From: a bacterium
GTDB lineage: Bacteria; UBA8248
Reading direction: 5' to 3'
Assembly: GCA_965213625.1 (NCBI GenBank)
Contig: CBDBZU010000004.1
Span: forward strand, 2,272,001 to 2,336,000
DNA length: 64,000 bases
Each line of letters opens with the position of its first letter. The stretch's first letter is position 1. Of the stretch, positions 20,348-30,843 are shown one piece after another. The position numbers and the translations under genes were made by a program. The notes beneath the pieces were generated by a model, which ran no database searches, was not told where the DNA came from, and worked only from the letters and a program-made list of their open reading frames with translations.

Positions 20348-21274
20348 TTACACCTTCTTGTCCTGCGCGCCCATCGCTTCCATCATGCCCCAGCGGATGA
20401 CGGTGCGGCTCTCGATGGGCTGGAAGAGCACCTTCTCCAGCACGAAGCCGAACAAGCCGAGGACGGAAAGTGCGACCATCATGAATGCGATGTCGAGGTA
20501 TTCCTGCGCGTCGAAAATGCCGGCGGAAAGCCCCCAGCGGATTCCCGCAAACGCCTCCGCCCCCACGCCCGCGCGCCAGGCGCGCGCCAGCCCGATGCGA
20601 AGACCGCTCAGAATCATGGGTAGCGAGCCGGGCAGGACGACGGTTCGGAAAATCCTCATCTTGTCCGCGTTCATCGATTGGGCCGCGCGTATCCACACCG
20701 GGTTCACGGTTTTCACGCCCGTCCAGACCGCCATGGCGATGGGCAGGAACGAAGCGAAGGCCGTGATGACGATGACCGTCTGATCCCCGATGCCCGACCA
20801 GATGACGACGATAGGCGTCCAAGCGATGGCCGGAATCGGCAGCAATACGGAGAGAAGCGGCACGAAGAACGATTCCCAGAAAGCGAAGCGTCCCATCAAG
20901 ATTCCCACGATGGTGCCCACGATGGCGGCGATGAAGAACGAGAACGGAAGGCGCCACGCGGTGTTGAGCGTATGGAGCAGAATCGGGCTCTCAAAAAGTT
21001 TCCAGACCTGATCCATGATTCCCAGGTTCGGGTTCTCGGCCAATGCCCGGAACAAGGGGTCCGTCACCAGTTCCCATGCCCTGAAGACAATCGCGTCCAC
21101 GGTCGGGAAGAGCCTGCCCTGATTCCCCTGGGCCTGCATGGCGGCGACCTGCCAGATGGCCAGAATGACGATAAAGGGGTAAATCGGCCTCAGCTTCACC
21201 CAAAACGGCGATCTTATTTCTTTTTTCTTCTCGTCCAACGATGGAGGAACAGGCGTTGCCTCGGATGTCTGCAT
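20348..21274 (-). CDS. NitT/TauT ABC permease
   Basis: PIPAIAWTP, EAA-like loop RAAQSMNAD...VVLPGSLPMILSGLRIG. Confidence 0.9.
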   Translation of the reverse strand: MQTSEATPVPPSLDEKKKEIRSPFWVKLRPIYPFIVILAIWQVAAMQAQGNQGRLFPTVDAIVFRAWELVTDPLFRALAENPNLGIMDQVWKLFESPILLHTLNTAWRLPFSFFIAAIVGTIVGILMGRFAFWESFFVPLLSVLLPIPAIAWTPIVVIWSGIGDQTVIVITAFASFLPIAMAVWTGVKTVNPVWIRAAQSMNADKMRIFRTVVLPGSLPMILSGLRIGLARAWRAGVGAEAFAGIRWGLSAGIFDAQEYLDIAFMMVALSVLGLFGFVLEKVLFQPIESRTVIRWGMMEAMGAQDKKV

Positions 21275-21287
21275 GGATAATTCCTCT

Positions 21288-22034
21288 CTAAAAATCGCGA
21301 ATCAAATCGTTCACGTGTTTTTGCAGTTTGATGAACTCGGGCGCGAGATCGTCGCGGGGCCTGGGTAGATCGACTCTCACGATCTCGCGGATTCTCCCCG
21401 GATTCGGTACAAACACGACGATCCGGTTCCCGAGGTAGACGGCTTCGCTCAGGTTGTGCGTGACATAGAGAATCGTCTTTTTCGTCTTCTGCCATACGTC
21501 GACGGTCAACTCCTGCAGCTCTTCGCGCGTCTGGGCGTCGAGCGCGCCGAAGGGCTCGTCCATCAGGAGAATTTGCGGGTCGAACGCCATGGCTCTCGCC
21601 ACCGCCACGCGCTGACGCATGCCGCCCGAGAGATTGTGGGGAAAGAAGTCCGCAAATTCCTCGAGGCGAACGAGGCGAAGGAACTCGAACGCGAGTTCTC
21701 TGCGCTCCTTCTCGGGCATGTTTCTGATCTCGAGGCCGTATTCCACGTTCTGTCTGGCCGTGCGCCACGGGAATAGGGCGTATTCCTGAAAAACGACGCC
21801 CTTGTCGTAGTCCTGGGTGAGCGTTTTTCCGTCCATGGTGATTGTGCCCGCGGTAATCTCGACGAAGCCGGCGAGCATGTTGAGCAGCGTCGTCTTTCCG
21901 CAGCCCGAAAGCCCCACGAGGCAGATGAATTCGCCGTCCTCGATATTGAGGTTCACGCCCTCGAGAGCGTGCACACGTCTTTCAGGCGTGTCATAGACTT
22001 TTCTCAAGTTTTGAATCGATATTTTGGTGACCAT
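21288..22034 (-). CDS. NitT/TauT ABC ATP-binding protein
   Basis: GLSGCGKTT Walker A, VFQEYALFPW, LSGGMRQR, LLMDEPFGALD, VTH. Confidence 0.95.
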   Translation of the reverse strand: MVTKISIQNLRKVYDTPERRVHALEGVNLNIEDGEFICLVGLSGCGKTTLLNMLAGFVEITAGTITMDGKTLTQDYDKGVVFQEYALFPWRTARQNVEYGLEIRNMPEKERRELAFEFLRLVRLEEFADFFPHNLSGGMRQRVAVARAMAFDPQILLMDEPFGALDAQTREELQELTVDVWQKTKKTILYVTHNLSEAVYLGNRIVVFVPNPGRIREIVRVDLPRPRDDLAPEFIKLQKHVNDLIRDF

Positions 22035-22328
22035 AAATAATAGTATTCCCAAAATGATGAAAGACTTAGCCTTTCAGGTGAATTGAAAATTGAAATCGAA
22101 ACGAAGCAGGGTGATTCTAGCAAATACGTGACGAGAGAGAAACCGCAATTATACTTTCAAGATGTTTTGTAATAATCTCTTGTGCGCTCATCTGTGTTGA
22201 TGAGTGGCTCTCAGCCGAAAAACATTGATATTACTTGAGATTTGGGTGAATCCCAAGTCATGTGAGCACTAGTATGCTCCGCATGCCGAGGTGGACCTCG
22301 GGGGCGGGAATACTGGAAAGGGTTTTTG

Positions 22329-23552
22329 ATGGATGGTCGACTTCCGCTGGAGGGGTTAAGGATACTGGCGGTGGAGCAATTCGGCGCGGGGCCGCTGGCC
22401 TCGCAACTGTTGGCGGATATGGGGGCCGAGGTCTTGAAAATCGAGGACCACGCCGTGGGCGGCGATTCCGCGCGGCCCGTCCCCCCGTACGCCCTGCCGG
22501 ATAACGACAGCTATTATTTTCAATCCTTCAACCGCAACAAGAAGAGCGTCGCGCTCAGGATTCGCACGCCCGAGGGCAAGGCGATATTGCGCAGACTCGT
22601 GCCGAAAGCGGATGCGCTCTATGCGAATTGCCGGGGCGATGCGCCCGAAAAACTCGAATTAACATATAAGCACTTAAGCCCCTACAACGAGAAGATCGTG
22701 TGCTGTTTCCTCTCGGGCTACGGGATGACCGGCCCCAGAGCGCCCGAACCGGCCTATGACTACCTCATGCAGGCCTACGCGGGCATCATGGACCTGACGG
22801 GAGAGCCCGACGGCCCCCCCACCAAGGCGGGCGTGAGTTTTGTGGATTTCTCGGGCGGATTCATATCGCTCGTGGGCCTGCTGGCCGCGCTGTGGGAGGC
22901 GAGCCGCACCGGAAAGGGAAGGGACGTCGACGTGGCGCTCATGGACGGCGCTTTGGTGCAGCTTGCGTACATGGCCACCTGGGCGCTCAATTGCGGCTAC
23001 GTGCCGCAAAAATTCTCCCGAAGCGCGCACCCCTCGATGGTGCCCGCGCAGAATTTCGAGACCAAAAACGGCTGGATAAGCGTGCTTTGCCTGAAACAGA
23101 GTTTCTTCCCCATTCTTGTCGAGCGTATGGGGTTGCCGACGCTGGCCGAGGACCCGCGCTTCAAGCTGGCGCAGGATCGATTCGAGAACCGGGAAGTTCT
23201 GTTGGATATTCTCGAAAGGGCGTTTCAGGAAAAGACGAACGCGGAGTGGACCGACCTGCTTCAGGGCCACGTGCCCTTCGCGCCGGTGAACACCGTGGCG
23301 CAGGCGATGGAAGACCCCCAGATTCTGGCGCGGGACATGATAGTCGAGATGGAACACCCCGCGGCGGGGACCATGAAGGTACTGGGGCCTCCCATTAGAC
23401 TGCCAGGCGCGGATATGAAGTACAAGCGGGCGCCCTATCTGGGCGAGCACACGAGAGAGGTTCTGGGTGACCTGCTCGGTATGGAGGATGCCGAACTCGA
23501 GGATTTGAGAGAGAAGAATATCGTGTCCTGGAGCGCCCCGAGCGAGGGGTAG
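22329..23552 (+). CDS. Class III CoA-transferase (CaiB/BaiF family)
   Basis: PLEGLRI, AGP...LADMGAEVLKIE, NRNKKS, SGYG..GP, conserved Asp in SFVDFSGG, APYLGEH. Confidence 0.92.
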   Translation: MDGRLPLEGLRILAVEQFGAGPLASQLLADMGAEVLKIEDHAVGGDSARPVPPYALPDNDSYYFQSFNRNKKSVALRIRTPEGKAILRRLVPKADALYANCRGDAPEKLELTYKHLSPYNEKIVCCFLSGYGMTGPRAPEPAYDYLMQAYAGIMDLTGEPDGPPTKAGVSFVDFSGGFISLVGLLAALWEASRTGKGRDVDVALMDGALVQLAYMATWALNCGYVPQKFSRSAHPSMVPAQNFETKNGWISVLCLKQSFFPILVERMGLPTLAEDPRFKLAQDRFENREVLLDILERAFQEKTNAEWTDLLQGHVPFAPVNTVAQAMEDPQILARDMIVEMEHPAAGTMKVLGPPIRLPGADMKYKRAPYLGEHTREVLGDLLGMEDAELEDLREKNIVSWSAPSEG

Positions 23553-23609
23553 CGCGCAGGACTGAACGAGAATATTCCGGGTTTCATACACATTTTTGGA
23601 GGAGAGCTC

Positions 23610-24038
23610 ATGACGGATTTGCCCGTACCGCAAGTCGTAAATTCCCTGGACGTAGACGAGGACAAGGCCTATGAGCCGCCTTATGACATTCGCTGGGGCG
23701 TGAACCAGGAGACGACGGGGACGGATACCATCACGATGGGGAGAACCATTATCCCGCCCAGAGGGCGCAATGCGCTGCACTACCACAAGAACTGCGACAC
23801 CACGATTTACGTGGTGAAAGGCCCCATCAACATCTACTGGAAAGATGGGGAAGAGATTGAAAGAAAAGAAATACCCGTCGGCCATTTCGTCTATTTCCCC
23901 TGCGGTTGCATTCACGGGCAGGAAAACCCGAGCACGGACGGACCGGCGGAGTTGATTTTCACCTACGGCGGAATGCCCAATAAGGAAGCGGCGGGCACGA
24001 CGTTCGTGGACGATCCCAGAGACCCGCTGAGAGACTAG
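23610..24038 (+). CDS. Cupin domain protein
   Basis: Motif 1 HYH, motif 2 [16 protein letters not shown]; GGAGG RBS. Confidence 0.85.
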   Translation: MTDLPVPQVVNSLDVDEDKAYEPPYDIRWGVNQETTGTDTITMGRTIIPPRGRNALHYHKNCDTTIYVVKGPINIYWKDGEEIERKEIPVGHFVYFPCGCIHGQENPSTDGPAELIFTYGGMPNKEAAGTTFVDDPRDPLRD

Positions 24039-24094
24039 CTTTTCGCTTTTCGAGGGTGCGCACCATCCACCCGTCATTGCCCGAGAATGAGGAG

Positions 24095-24991
24095 ATGAGC
24101 ACGCGAATGTTTTCCCCACGAATCCTTGTTTGTCTGCTCCTCATCTGTTTCCTGGGCGTTACCCTCTCGTTTGCAGAAGCGCAGCAGGTCCGCAAGAAAA
24201 TATCCGGTTTCGACGGTGCCACTTTGGTGCACGTGCCCCCGGGCTGGTTCGTGATGGGCAGCAAATCCGGCGACAAGGACGAGCGTCCGCCCCGTAAAAT
24301 CTTTGTGCCGGGTTTCTGGATCGACGAGACCGAGGCGACGGCGGAGCGCTTTGCGCGCTTCGTCTCACAAACGGGCTACAAGACGACGGCCGAGAAGCGG
24401 AAATGGTCCTGGACGTGGGACGCTTCTCTCAGGAAGGGGAAGGGCGGCTGGCGAAAGACGAAGGACGCGAATTGGCGTCGGCCTGAAGGCCCGAAATCAA
24501 ACTGGAAAAGCGTTCCGAAACAGCCGGTCTCCCACGTGAGCTGGCCCGATGCCGAGGCTTATTGTCAGTGGGCCGGAAGGCGTCTTCCCACCGAGGCGGA
24601 ATGGGAGCGAGCGGCGCGCGGCGGGGACGGAAGACGCTACCCCTGGGGGAAGGCGCGCGACGCGATGAGAGGCAACCTCAAAGGTGGGAAGGACGGGTTC
24701 CCCGGCGTCGCCCCCGTGGGCCGTTTCCCGAAAGGCGCGAGCCCGTTCGGCGCGCTTGACATGTCGGGCAACGTCTGGGAGTGGGTGGCCGACCGCTATG
24801 GTTCGAGAGCCTATCAGAAAATGGCCGAACGCGACCCGCACGGGCCTGCAAAGGGAAAAACGAGAGTCGTACGCGGCGCGTCCTGGGGCAGTCCGGTCGC
24901 CTGGGCTACGGCGCACAACCGCTACCACCGCACTCCCGATTATACGAACAACAAGATCGGCTTTCGCTGCGCCACGGGCGAGGGTGGTTGA
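24095..24991 (+). CDS. Secreted SUMF1/FGE-sulfatase domain protein
   Basis: Signal peptide; [47 protein letters not shown]; start may be 24107. Confidence 0.9.
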   Translation: MSTRMFSPRILVCLLLICFLGVTLSFAEAQQVRKKISGFDGATLVHVPPGWFVMGSKSGDKDERPPRKIFVPGFWIDETEATAERFARFVSQTGYKTTAEKRKWSWTWDASLRKGKGGWRKTKDANWRRPEGPKSNWKSVPKQPVSHVSWPDAEAYCQWAGRRLPTEAEWERAARGGDGRRYPWGKARDAMRGNLKGGKDGFPGVAPVGRFPKGASPFGALDMSGNVWEWVADRYGSRAYQKMAERDPHGPAKGKTRVVRGASWGSPVAWATAHNRYHRTPDYTNNKIGFRCATGEGG

Positions 24992-25118
24992 TAGGGCCGA
25001 ATTAAATGACACGCTGAGCCCAAGAGACGAGCGAACGCTGACTACGCTCAGCGGAGGACTCTCAATTCGTCAGGATTTTATAAGGTAAATCAAGCGAAGT
25101 TCAGGTCCGTTTCTCCGT

Positions 25119-25367
25119 TCACTTCGACGTTCTTTCAATCAGAGCTTCCAGCGCCCTCATGCTTTCGCGGTGGCGGGTGTCCAGAGCGGCCATGGTTTCT
25201 TCATGTTGCTTGTCTCTGGCTGCGGAAGCGCGGTTCATCTGTTTCAGCCCATATAGAATGAGAAAACATTGAACGCTGCCCACGACTAGTGAAATCAAGG
25301 CGTGAATAGCCGAAATCCAGAGGCCAATACGTGATAGTTCGAGCGTCGCTAATTCAAACGGCGTCAT
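25119..25367 (-). CDS. Small membrane-anchored coiled-coil hypothetical protein
   Basis: AGGAG RBS; hydrophobic segment then coiled coil; paralogous to 35264-35596. Confidence 0.7.
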   Translation of the reverse strand: MTPFELATLELSRIGLWISAIHALISLVVGSVQCFLILYGLKQMNRASAARDKQHEETMAALDTRHRESMRALEALIERTSK

Positions 25368-25558
25368 CTTTTCCTCTCCTTGGTTTCAATCAGGAGTGGA
25401 GTCACCTCTCGAATATGATACAGGGGAGCGGGAAAAGCAACTTTCGGCATCTATCAAGTCATGCCGTTCATTCGGGATATGTAGTGGTCTTCATCAACGT
25501 AAGTCGTGAATGAGCCTGTCCGATTCGACGACTGGCTTTCCGTTTTCGAAGCGAGAAC

Positions 25559-26530
25559 TTAGTTCGTCGGCGCGGGCGGCACGACGAGCACGCCGTGCGC
25601 CCCGTTGCCCACGCGGATTTTCCCGATGATGCGGTGTTCTCTGGCGTCTATCACGAACAATTCTTTGGAATCGCGGTTCGTCACGTAGGCAAGCGCGCCG
25701 TCGGGCGTGAAGGCGATGAGGTCGGGCCGGATACCCTGCTTCACGCTGGCGACGCGCTTTTGCGCGGGCAGGGAGAAGACGGATACGCGGTTTTTGTGCG
25801 GGAGGGTGACGTAGAGGAATTTTCCGTCCGGCGTGATGAGGGCGTCGTGCGGCTCACCGGATAGCTTGACGGTCCGGATGATGTCGAGCGTGTCAAGATC
25901 CACCACGCTGTAGGAGTTGCGCTCCCCGTTCATGACGTATAGATGCTTGCCGTCGCGCGTGACGTCGATGCCCTCGATGTAGTGGCCCGCCTCAATTTGT
26001 TTGATCGGTTTTCTCGTCTCGAGATCGACGACGGAGACGTCCTCGCTCAACTCGTTCGCCACGAAGGCCCGGCGGCCGTCGGGGCTCAGCTTGATGTTCA
26101 CCGGGTTGTTGCCCCCGTGCTTGATCAAGCCGATGATCTTCCGGGCCGCGACGTCCAGGATCGTCACGTTGTCCGAATAGGTGTTCACGAAATAGGCGCG
26201 CGCGCCGTCTGGGGAGAACACGAGGTTGTAGGGGTCGCGGCCTGCGCGCACGCGGCGGACGAACTTGAGGGTATGCGTGTCGAAAATGCGCACGAATGCG
26301 CTGCCGTCGTTGATGACGTAGGCGTGGCGTCCATCGGGTGCGAGCGAGAGTCGGTTCGCCTTCCTGCCCGCGGGGATGGTCTTGATGACCTCGTGCGTAT
26401 CGCGCGAGATGACGCTCAGCGTGCCGTCGCGCGTGTTCGTGACGAGAATCCGCTCTCCCGAAGCGAGCGCAAGCGCGGGAGCCGAGAGTAAAAGAGCGAA
26501 AATGACGAGTGAGAGAGTGAAGTAGCGCAT
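25559..26530 (-). CDS. Secreted YVTN-type beta-propeller protein
   Basis: Signal peptide; about 7 repeats of SPDG..AYVxN...VSVVD (ILVTN, YVIN, YFVN, FVAN, YVMN, YVTN). Confidence 0.88.
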   Translation of the reverse strand: MRYFTLSLVIFALLLSAPALALASGERILVTNTRDGTLSVISRDTHEVIKTIPAGRKANRLSLAPDGRHAYVINDGSAFVRIFDTHTLKFVRRVRAGRDPYNLVFSPDGARAYFVNTYSDNVTILDVAARKIIGLIKHGGNNPVNIKLSPDGRRAFVANELSEDVSVVDLETRKPIKQIEAGHYIEGIDVTRDGKHLYVMNGERNSYSVVDLDTLDIIRTVKLSGEPHDALITPDGKFLYVTLPHKNRVSVFSLPAQKRVASVKQGIRPDLIAFTPDGALAYVTNRDSKELFVIDAREHRIIGKIRVGNGAHGVLVVPPAPTN

Positions 26531-26541
26531 TTTGGAAGAAC

Positions 26542-26979
26542 CTACCGGCCTTGTTGCTTCAAAAACGCCTCTTTCGCCTTGGGGTCGAAACGGCAATTGC
26601 ACAACTTGCGTATCAGGGCCACCAAATCATGAATCTCCTGATTTGTAAACACGTTGCCCCACGGCGGCATGATGGGGGAGAGGTCGCTCGCCCCGCCTCC
26701 GTGGGTGATGGTGCGCACCATGTCCTCGTCCGAGAACTGCGCCATGTCCTTGCCGTCGGTGAGATTTCGGGGACTCACGGGCAGCTTCTTGGTGTTGTTC
26801 ACTCCCTTTCCGTCTCCCTTGGGGCCGTGGCACTGGGTGCAGTACCAGCGGAAATTCTCCGCGGCGCTCACGCGGCTTGCGGGCTCCTCCGCGCCTGCAA
26901 GCAGGGGCGTGCCCACCGCGACGGCGATGATGCAAGCGGATATGAACATTCCACTGAAGAGACGTGATGAACGCTTCAT
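26542..26979 (-). CDS. Monoheme cytochrome c
   Basis: Signal peptide, CTQCH, PRNLT, distal MPPW; ATG overlaps upstream stop. Confidence 0.88.
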   Translation of the reverse strand: MKRSSRLFSGMFISACIIAVAVGTPLLAGAEEPASRVSAAENFRWYCTQCHGPKGDGKGVNNTKKLPVSPRNLTDGKDMAQFSDEDMVRTITHGGGASDLSPIMPPWGNVFTNQEIHDLVALIRKLCNCRFDPKAKEAFLKQQGR

Positions 26980-27695
26980 TTGAAGCTCGCGATGTAGGCG
27001 GCGAGCGCGATGAAATCCTTCTCGCTCAGCCGGGTGAACGGCTTGTCCCCGTATACCGGCATTCTGCCGTTTGGGTTGTAGCGCGCAGGTTTCTTCAGAA
27101 AGGCCACGATGAAATCGGGGTTCAGCCTGTGTCCCGCATCCTTGAAGTGGGGCGCGCTGTGGCCGCCCACCTCGATGGGCGTCCGGTAGACCGTCTTTCG
27201 AATCGCGACCATGTGGCAGGAATAACACGGCTGTTTTTTCTGGAACAGGATTCTCGCCCGCCTGAGCACTTTTCGGGGAACTTTCTTCCAGCGCGTGACG
27301 ACGCCCACAGGCATCTCGGGGTCCTTCAGGTTTTCCAGATAAGCTGCGACCTTGGCCGCATCCATTACTGTAAGGACGGGATGCGGATATTTGCCCCGCT
27401 TCATTGTGCCGTAGACGACGCCTCGGAAAGATTCAGGTTTCGCGAGCCATTTCGCCAGAAAACCGGGGCGGAACTTGCTGCCCGCATACCAGAGCGTGGG
27501 GCCTTTAATCGCGTGGCGCGCAGGCGGGGGTATCCTGGTTTCAGGGCCTTTGCGGGTGTGGCAGCTTCCGCAGTTGTTGCGCTCGAAAAGGGATTTCCCT
27601 TCCGCTACATCCTCGCCATGAGCAGGAACGGACATCAGCAGGAGAGATAAAACTCCCGCGAACGCGAGGGGAAAAATCTTTATCATGCGCTTCAT
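26976..27695 (-). CDS. Diheme cytochrome c
   Basis: Signal peptide; CGSCH and CYSCH; GPTL/APHF and C-terminal RMP. Confidence 0.88.
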   Translation of the reverse strand: MKRMIKIFPLAFAGVLSLLLMSVPAHGEDVAEGKSLFERNNCGSCHTRKGPETRIPPPARHAIKGPTLWYAGSKFRPGFLAKWLAKPESFRGVVYGTMKRGKYPHPVLTVMDAAKVAAYLENLKDPEMPVGVVTRWKKVPRKVLRRARILFQKKQPCYSCHMVAIRKTVYRTPIEVGGHSAPHFKDAGHRLNPDFIVAFLKKPARYNPNGRMPVYGDKPFTRLSEKDFIALAAYIASFK

Positions 27696-27761
27696 GCGGA
27701 TGGTCCTTGATCCATTTGAATCGTCTCGGGCGGTCGCGAGGTGGAGTTTGCCGAAAAAGCT

Positions 27762-28838
27762 TTATTTCGGCAACTCGGGGGCCTTGACTGCCGGGAGATC
27801 GCCCGTGAGCGCGCCCATGAAGACGATCAGGTCCGCTTTTTCGGCCTTCGTGAGCTTCAAGGGCTTCATGTCCGGGTCGAGATTGGGGTTCGGGTGGCCG
27901 CCCTCCTCGTAGAAATCGACGACTTCCTCCAGCGTGGCGAAGCGGCCGTCGTGCATATAAGGCGCCGTCTGGGTGATGTGGCGAAGCGTGGGCGTCTTGA
28001 ACTTGCCCCTGTCCTTTATTTTCCTGGTGATCGCCTCTCGCCCGAGTTGCAGGGGCTTCTTGTCCATCCCGACGCCCAGGTTGTGGAACTTATCGTCCGT
28101 GAAGGGCGCGCTGAACTCATCCACCAGGTGGCATTTCACGCAATTGCCCTTTTTCATGAAAACCTCGAATCCCCTGATCGCCTTGGGCGAAAGCGCGGAC
28201 TCATCGCCTCCGTATTTCCAGCGGTCGAAGGGGGAATTCCCCGAGAGCAGGGTGCGCTCGAAGGTGGCGATGGCCTGCACCACGCGCTCGAGACTGACGT
28301 CTGGACTACCGAACGCCTCTTTGAACCGCGCACGGTATTCGGGGATTGCGCCGAGCGTGCGGATGATTTTTTCCTCGGTCGAGGCCATTTCGCCCGGATG
28401 GAGGATGGGCCCCTTGGCCTGTTCCTCGAGGCTCTTCGCGCGTCCGTCCCAGAACTGGGACTCGTTATAAGCGGCGTTGATGACCGTGGGGACGTTCCTG
28501 AGCGTGAGCCTGCCGTCAAAGCCCGTTCCGTACTGGCGCGCGTTCGAGTATCCGCGCCGGGGCATGTGGCATGTCGCGCAGGAGACCTTCCCGTCGCCCG
28601 AGATGCGTTTTTCAAAATACAGCATCTTGCCGAGTTCGATCTTGGGCCGCGTCATGGGGTTGTCATCGGGCACGGGCACGTCGTCGAGACCCAGGGGCGG
28701 TTCCGGGGGGAGTTCCTCCTGTTCCTGCGCGCGCTTATCCTGCGCTTGCGCCGGCGACGCAACCAGCCACACGAGCGCCGCTATCAGGAGAGGCGGCGCT
28801 GCAAGTCGCGCGAGCTGATATATGGACTTTCTCTTCAA
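27762..28838 (-). CDS. Diheme cytochrome c peroxidase / MauG family
   Basis: LGKMLYFEKRIS, SCATCH, RNVPTV.N, QFWDGRA, CVKCH, FKTPTLR, TAPYMHDG. Confidence 0.92.
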   Translation of the reverse strand: MKRKSIYQLARLAAPPLLIAALVWLVASPAQAQDKRAQEQEELPPEPPLGLDDVPVPDDNPMTRPKIELGKMLYFEKRISGDGKVSCATCHMPRRGYSNARQYGTGFDGRLTLRNVPTVINAAYNESQFWDGRAKSLEEQAKGPILHPGEMASTEEKIIRTLGAIPEYRARFKEAFGSPDVSLERVVQAIATFERTLLSGNSPFDRWKYGGDESALSPKAIRGFEVFMKKGNCVKCHLVDEFSAPFTDDKFHNLGVGMDKKPLQLGREAITRKIKDRGKFKTPTLRHITQTAPYMHDGRFATLEEVVDFYEEGGHPNPNLDPDMKPLKLTKAEKADLIVFMGALTGDLPAVKAPELPK

Positions 28839-28875
28839 GGCGGAGCACCGTCCATGGCGGATAGGGCTTTGTGCT

Positions 28876-29268
28876 TTATGACCTTTTCAGCAGCTCGATG
28901 CTGACGCCATCGGGCGCCTCGATGAAGGCGATCTGTGTCGTCGGGTTGAATTGTACCGGTTCGACGGTGAATTTCACGCCCTTTTGCTTGAGGTCGTCGC
29001 AATAGGCCTGAAAATCGCCTGCGATCTGGAAGGCGAAATGATCCGTCCCCCATTCGAGGCCGCCCTTGGCTCCGGCGCTCTCGCCCGTTCGCTCACCGCG
29101 GACGATGACCGTGGCGCCGTTGAATCTTACGGGAATCTGAGGCGCGCCCTTGAACACGACGCCCTCTCCGCGCGCGCCGCCCAGATTCTCGACGAACCAG
29201 TTCACGCTCGCCTCCGGGTCTTTGCTGATGACGTGCACGTGATCGAATACGATGTCGGCTGAACTCAT
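28876..29268 (-). CDS. VOC/glyoxalase family protein
   Basis: FDHVH, DHFAF, AFIEAPDGVSIEL; AGGAG RBS. Confidence 0.88.
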   Translation of the reverse strand: MSSADIVFDHVHVISKDPEASVNWFVENLGGARGEGVVFKGAPQIPVRFNGATVIVRGERTGESAGAKGGLEWGTDHFAFQIAGDFQAYCDDLKQKGVKFTVEPVQFNPTTQIAFIEAPDGVSIELLKRS

Positions 29269-29379
29269 TTCATGACTCCTGTCTCTTTTGACCATTTCAG
29301 GTCGTTTTTATCGATTAGCCTTCCCGGGACGCGCGATAAGAATCGCGCGCGCCGAATTCATCCAGCTGCTCATTGTTAT

Positions 29380-30030
29380 TTAACCTTCCCAGGTGACGTC
29401 CCCGAATTCATCAGGCGCAGGTCTTCCTGCGGCCCGGAAACCGGCGACTTCCGCCTTGCTCTGCGCGACGGTGCTGTTCGCCCCGTGGCCGGGGTAGAGA
29501 ACGGTATCATCCGGCAGGGCGAAAACCTTGTTCTCGATGGAATCGAGCGACGTGAGCAATTGCCCGTGGTTCCAGGTCTTTCCGGGGCCGCCGGGGAAAA
29601 TCGTATCCCCGCAAACGCAGTGGCCCGGGTAGAGGAACATCAGCATGCCCTTGCAGTGGCCGGGCGTGTGGATGGCCTTGAGGGTGATTTCGCCGAAAGT
29701 TATCTCTTCGCCGTCCGCGATGGTGAAATCGGGGCTGATGCCGAACTCTTTGGCGTCCTCGGCGTGCTGGCCCAGGGGCGCGCCCGTGCTGCTTCGCACT
29801 TCATCGAGCGCGTCGATGTGGTCGCCGTGGCAATGGGTCTGTAGAATGTACCTGGGCGTGGCGCCTTCGCACGCGGCGAGAATCGGCTCGGCGGAATGGG
29901 AAGTGTCGATGATGACGCACTCTTTCGTCGCCTTGCACGTCAGCACGTACACGTTGTTGCTGTAGGGGCCGATGTTGAGTTTTTGAAAATCGAGTGCGGG
30001 AAGGTCCACTCTCTGGTCGAATTCACCCAT
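29380..30030 (-). CDS. Metallo-beta-lactamase fold hydrolase (glyoxalase II-like)
   Basis: THCHGDH, HTPGH, GDTIF, YPGHG. Confidence 0.9.
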   Translation of the reverse strand: MGEFDQRVDLPALDFQKLNIGPYSNNVYVLTCKATKECVIIDTSHSAEPILAACEGATPRYILQTHCHGDHIDALDEVRSSTGAPLGQHAEDAKEFGISPDFTIADGEEITFGEITLKAIHTPGHCKGMLMFLYPGHCVCGDTIFPGGPGKTWNHGQLLTSLDSIENKVFALPDDTVLYPGHGANSTVAQSKAEVAGFRAAGRPAPDEFGDVTWEG

Positions 30031-30126
30031 GTCGTTTTCTCTCCTTTGTCTGGTGAAGACCTGTGTTCATGAAGACGAGGTGACAGGAAACTTTACTGCC
30101 TTATCCGGGCAGACCACAACTGCAAG

Positions 30127-30813
30127 GTGAGAATTTTCGTGGACAAACCCTTCGTATACGCGAACCTGGCGATGACGCTCGACGGGAAAATCGCAGGCCG
30201 CGACCGCGCGGATTTCTCCTTAGGATCCAAAGCGGATCGCCTGGAGATGGATCGCTTGAGAGTGGGTGCGGACGCCGTGATATGGGGCGGCGAGACGCTC
30301 AGGACGGCGCGCCACCCCGCGCGGGTGCGCGAGGAATCCCTGGTCCGCGAGCGCGTGGAACGCGGCCTGCCGCCGCACCCGGCGAACGCCGTGATCACGA
30401 AAAGCGGCGATTTCCCGAAAAATTTGCCGTGGTTCGAGACGGATGAGATTGAGCGGTTCATATTCACCGCGCCTGAGGGTGCGCGCAGCTTAGAAGAAGC
30501 CCACACGGGAAACGCGCGAATCGTGGTTCTGGACGAGGCGGAATCCCTCGCCGGACAGGTGCTGGGCCACCTGGGGGAGTGCGGGATGAAGCGCGTGCTT
30601 CTTGAGGGCGGTGGTTCCCTGGTATGGGAGTTCGCCCGGCATATCGATGTGTTTCACGTGACGCTCACCCCCTGGCTGGCGGGGGGCGCATCCGCACCGA
30701 CGCTCATGGACGGGCTAGGTTTTCCCTCGAGTGAGTTTCTGGGGCTCGCGCTCGAGGAGGCACGCAGAGAAGGGGATGAGCTGTTCCTGCGCTACAAGGC
30801 GAAGGATGTGTGA
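30127..30813 (+). CDS. RibD C-terminal/DHFR-like reductase
   Basis: PFVYANLAMTLDGKIA, DAVIWGGET, VLLEGGGSL. Confidence 0.85.
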   Translation: MRIFVDKPFVYANLAMTLDGKIAGRDRADFSLGSKADRLEMDRLRVGADAVIWGGETLRTARHPARVREESLVRERVERGLPPHPANAVITKSGDFPKNLPWFETDEIERFIFTAPEGARSLEEAHTGNARIVVLDEAESLAGQVLGHLGECGMKRVLLEGGGSLVWEFARHIDVFHVTLTPWLAGGASAPTLMDGLGFPSSEFLGLALEEARREGDELFLRYKAKDV

Positions 30814-30843
30814 CGGCGGTGGTCAATTTCGAGTGAGGGGTTT

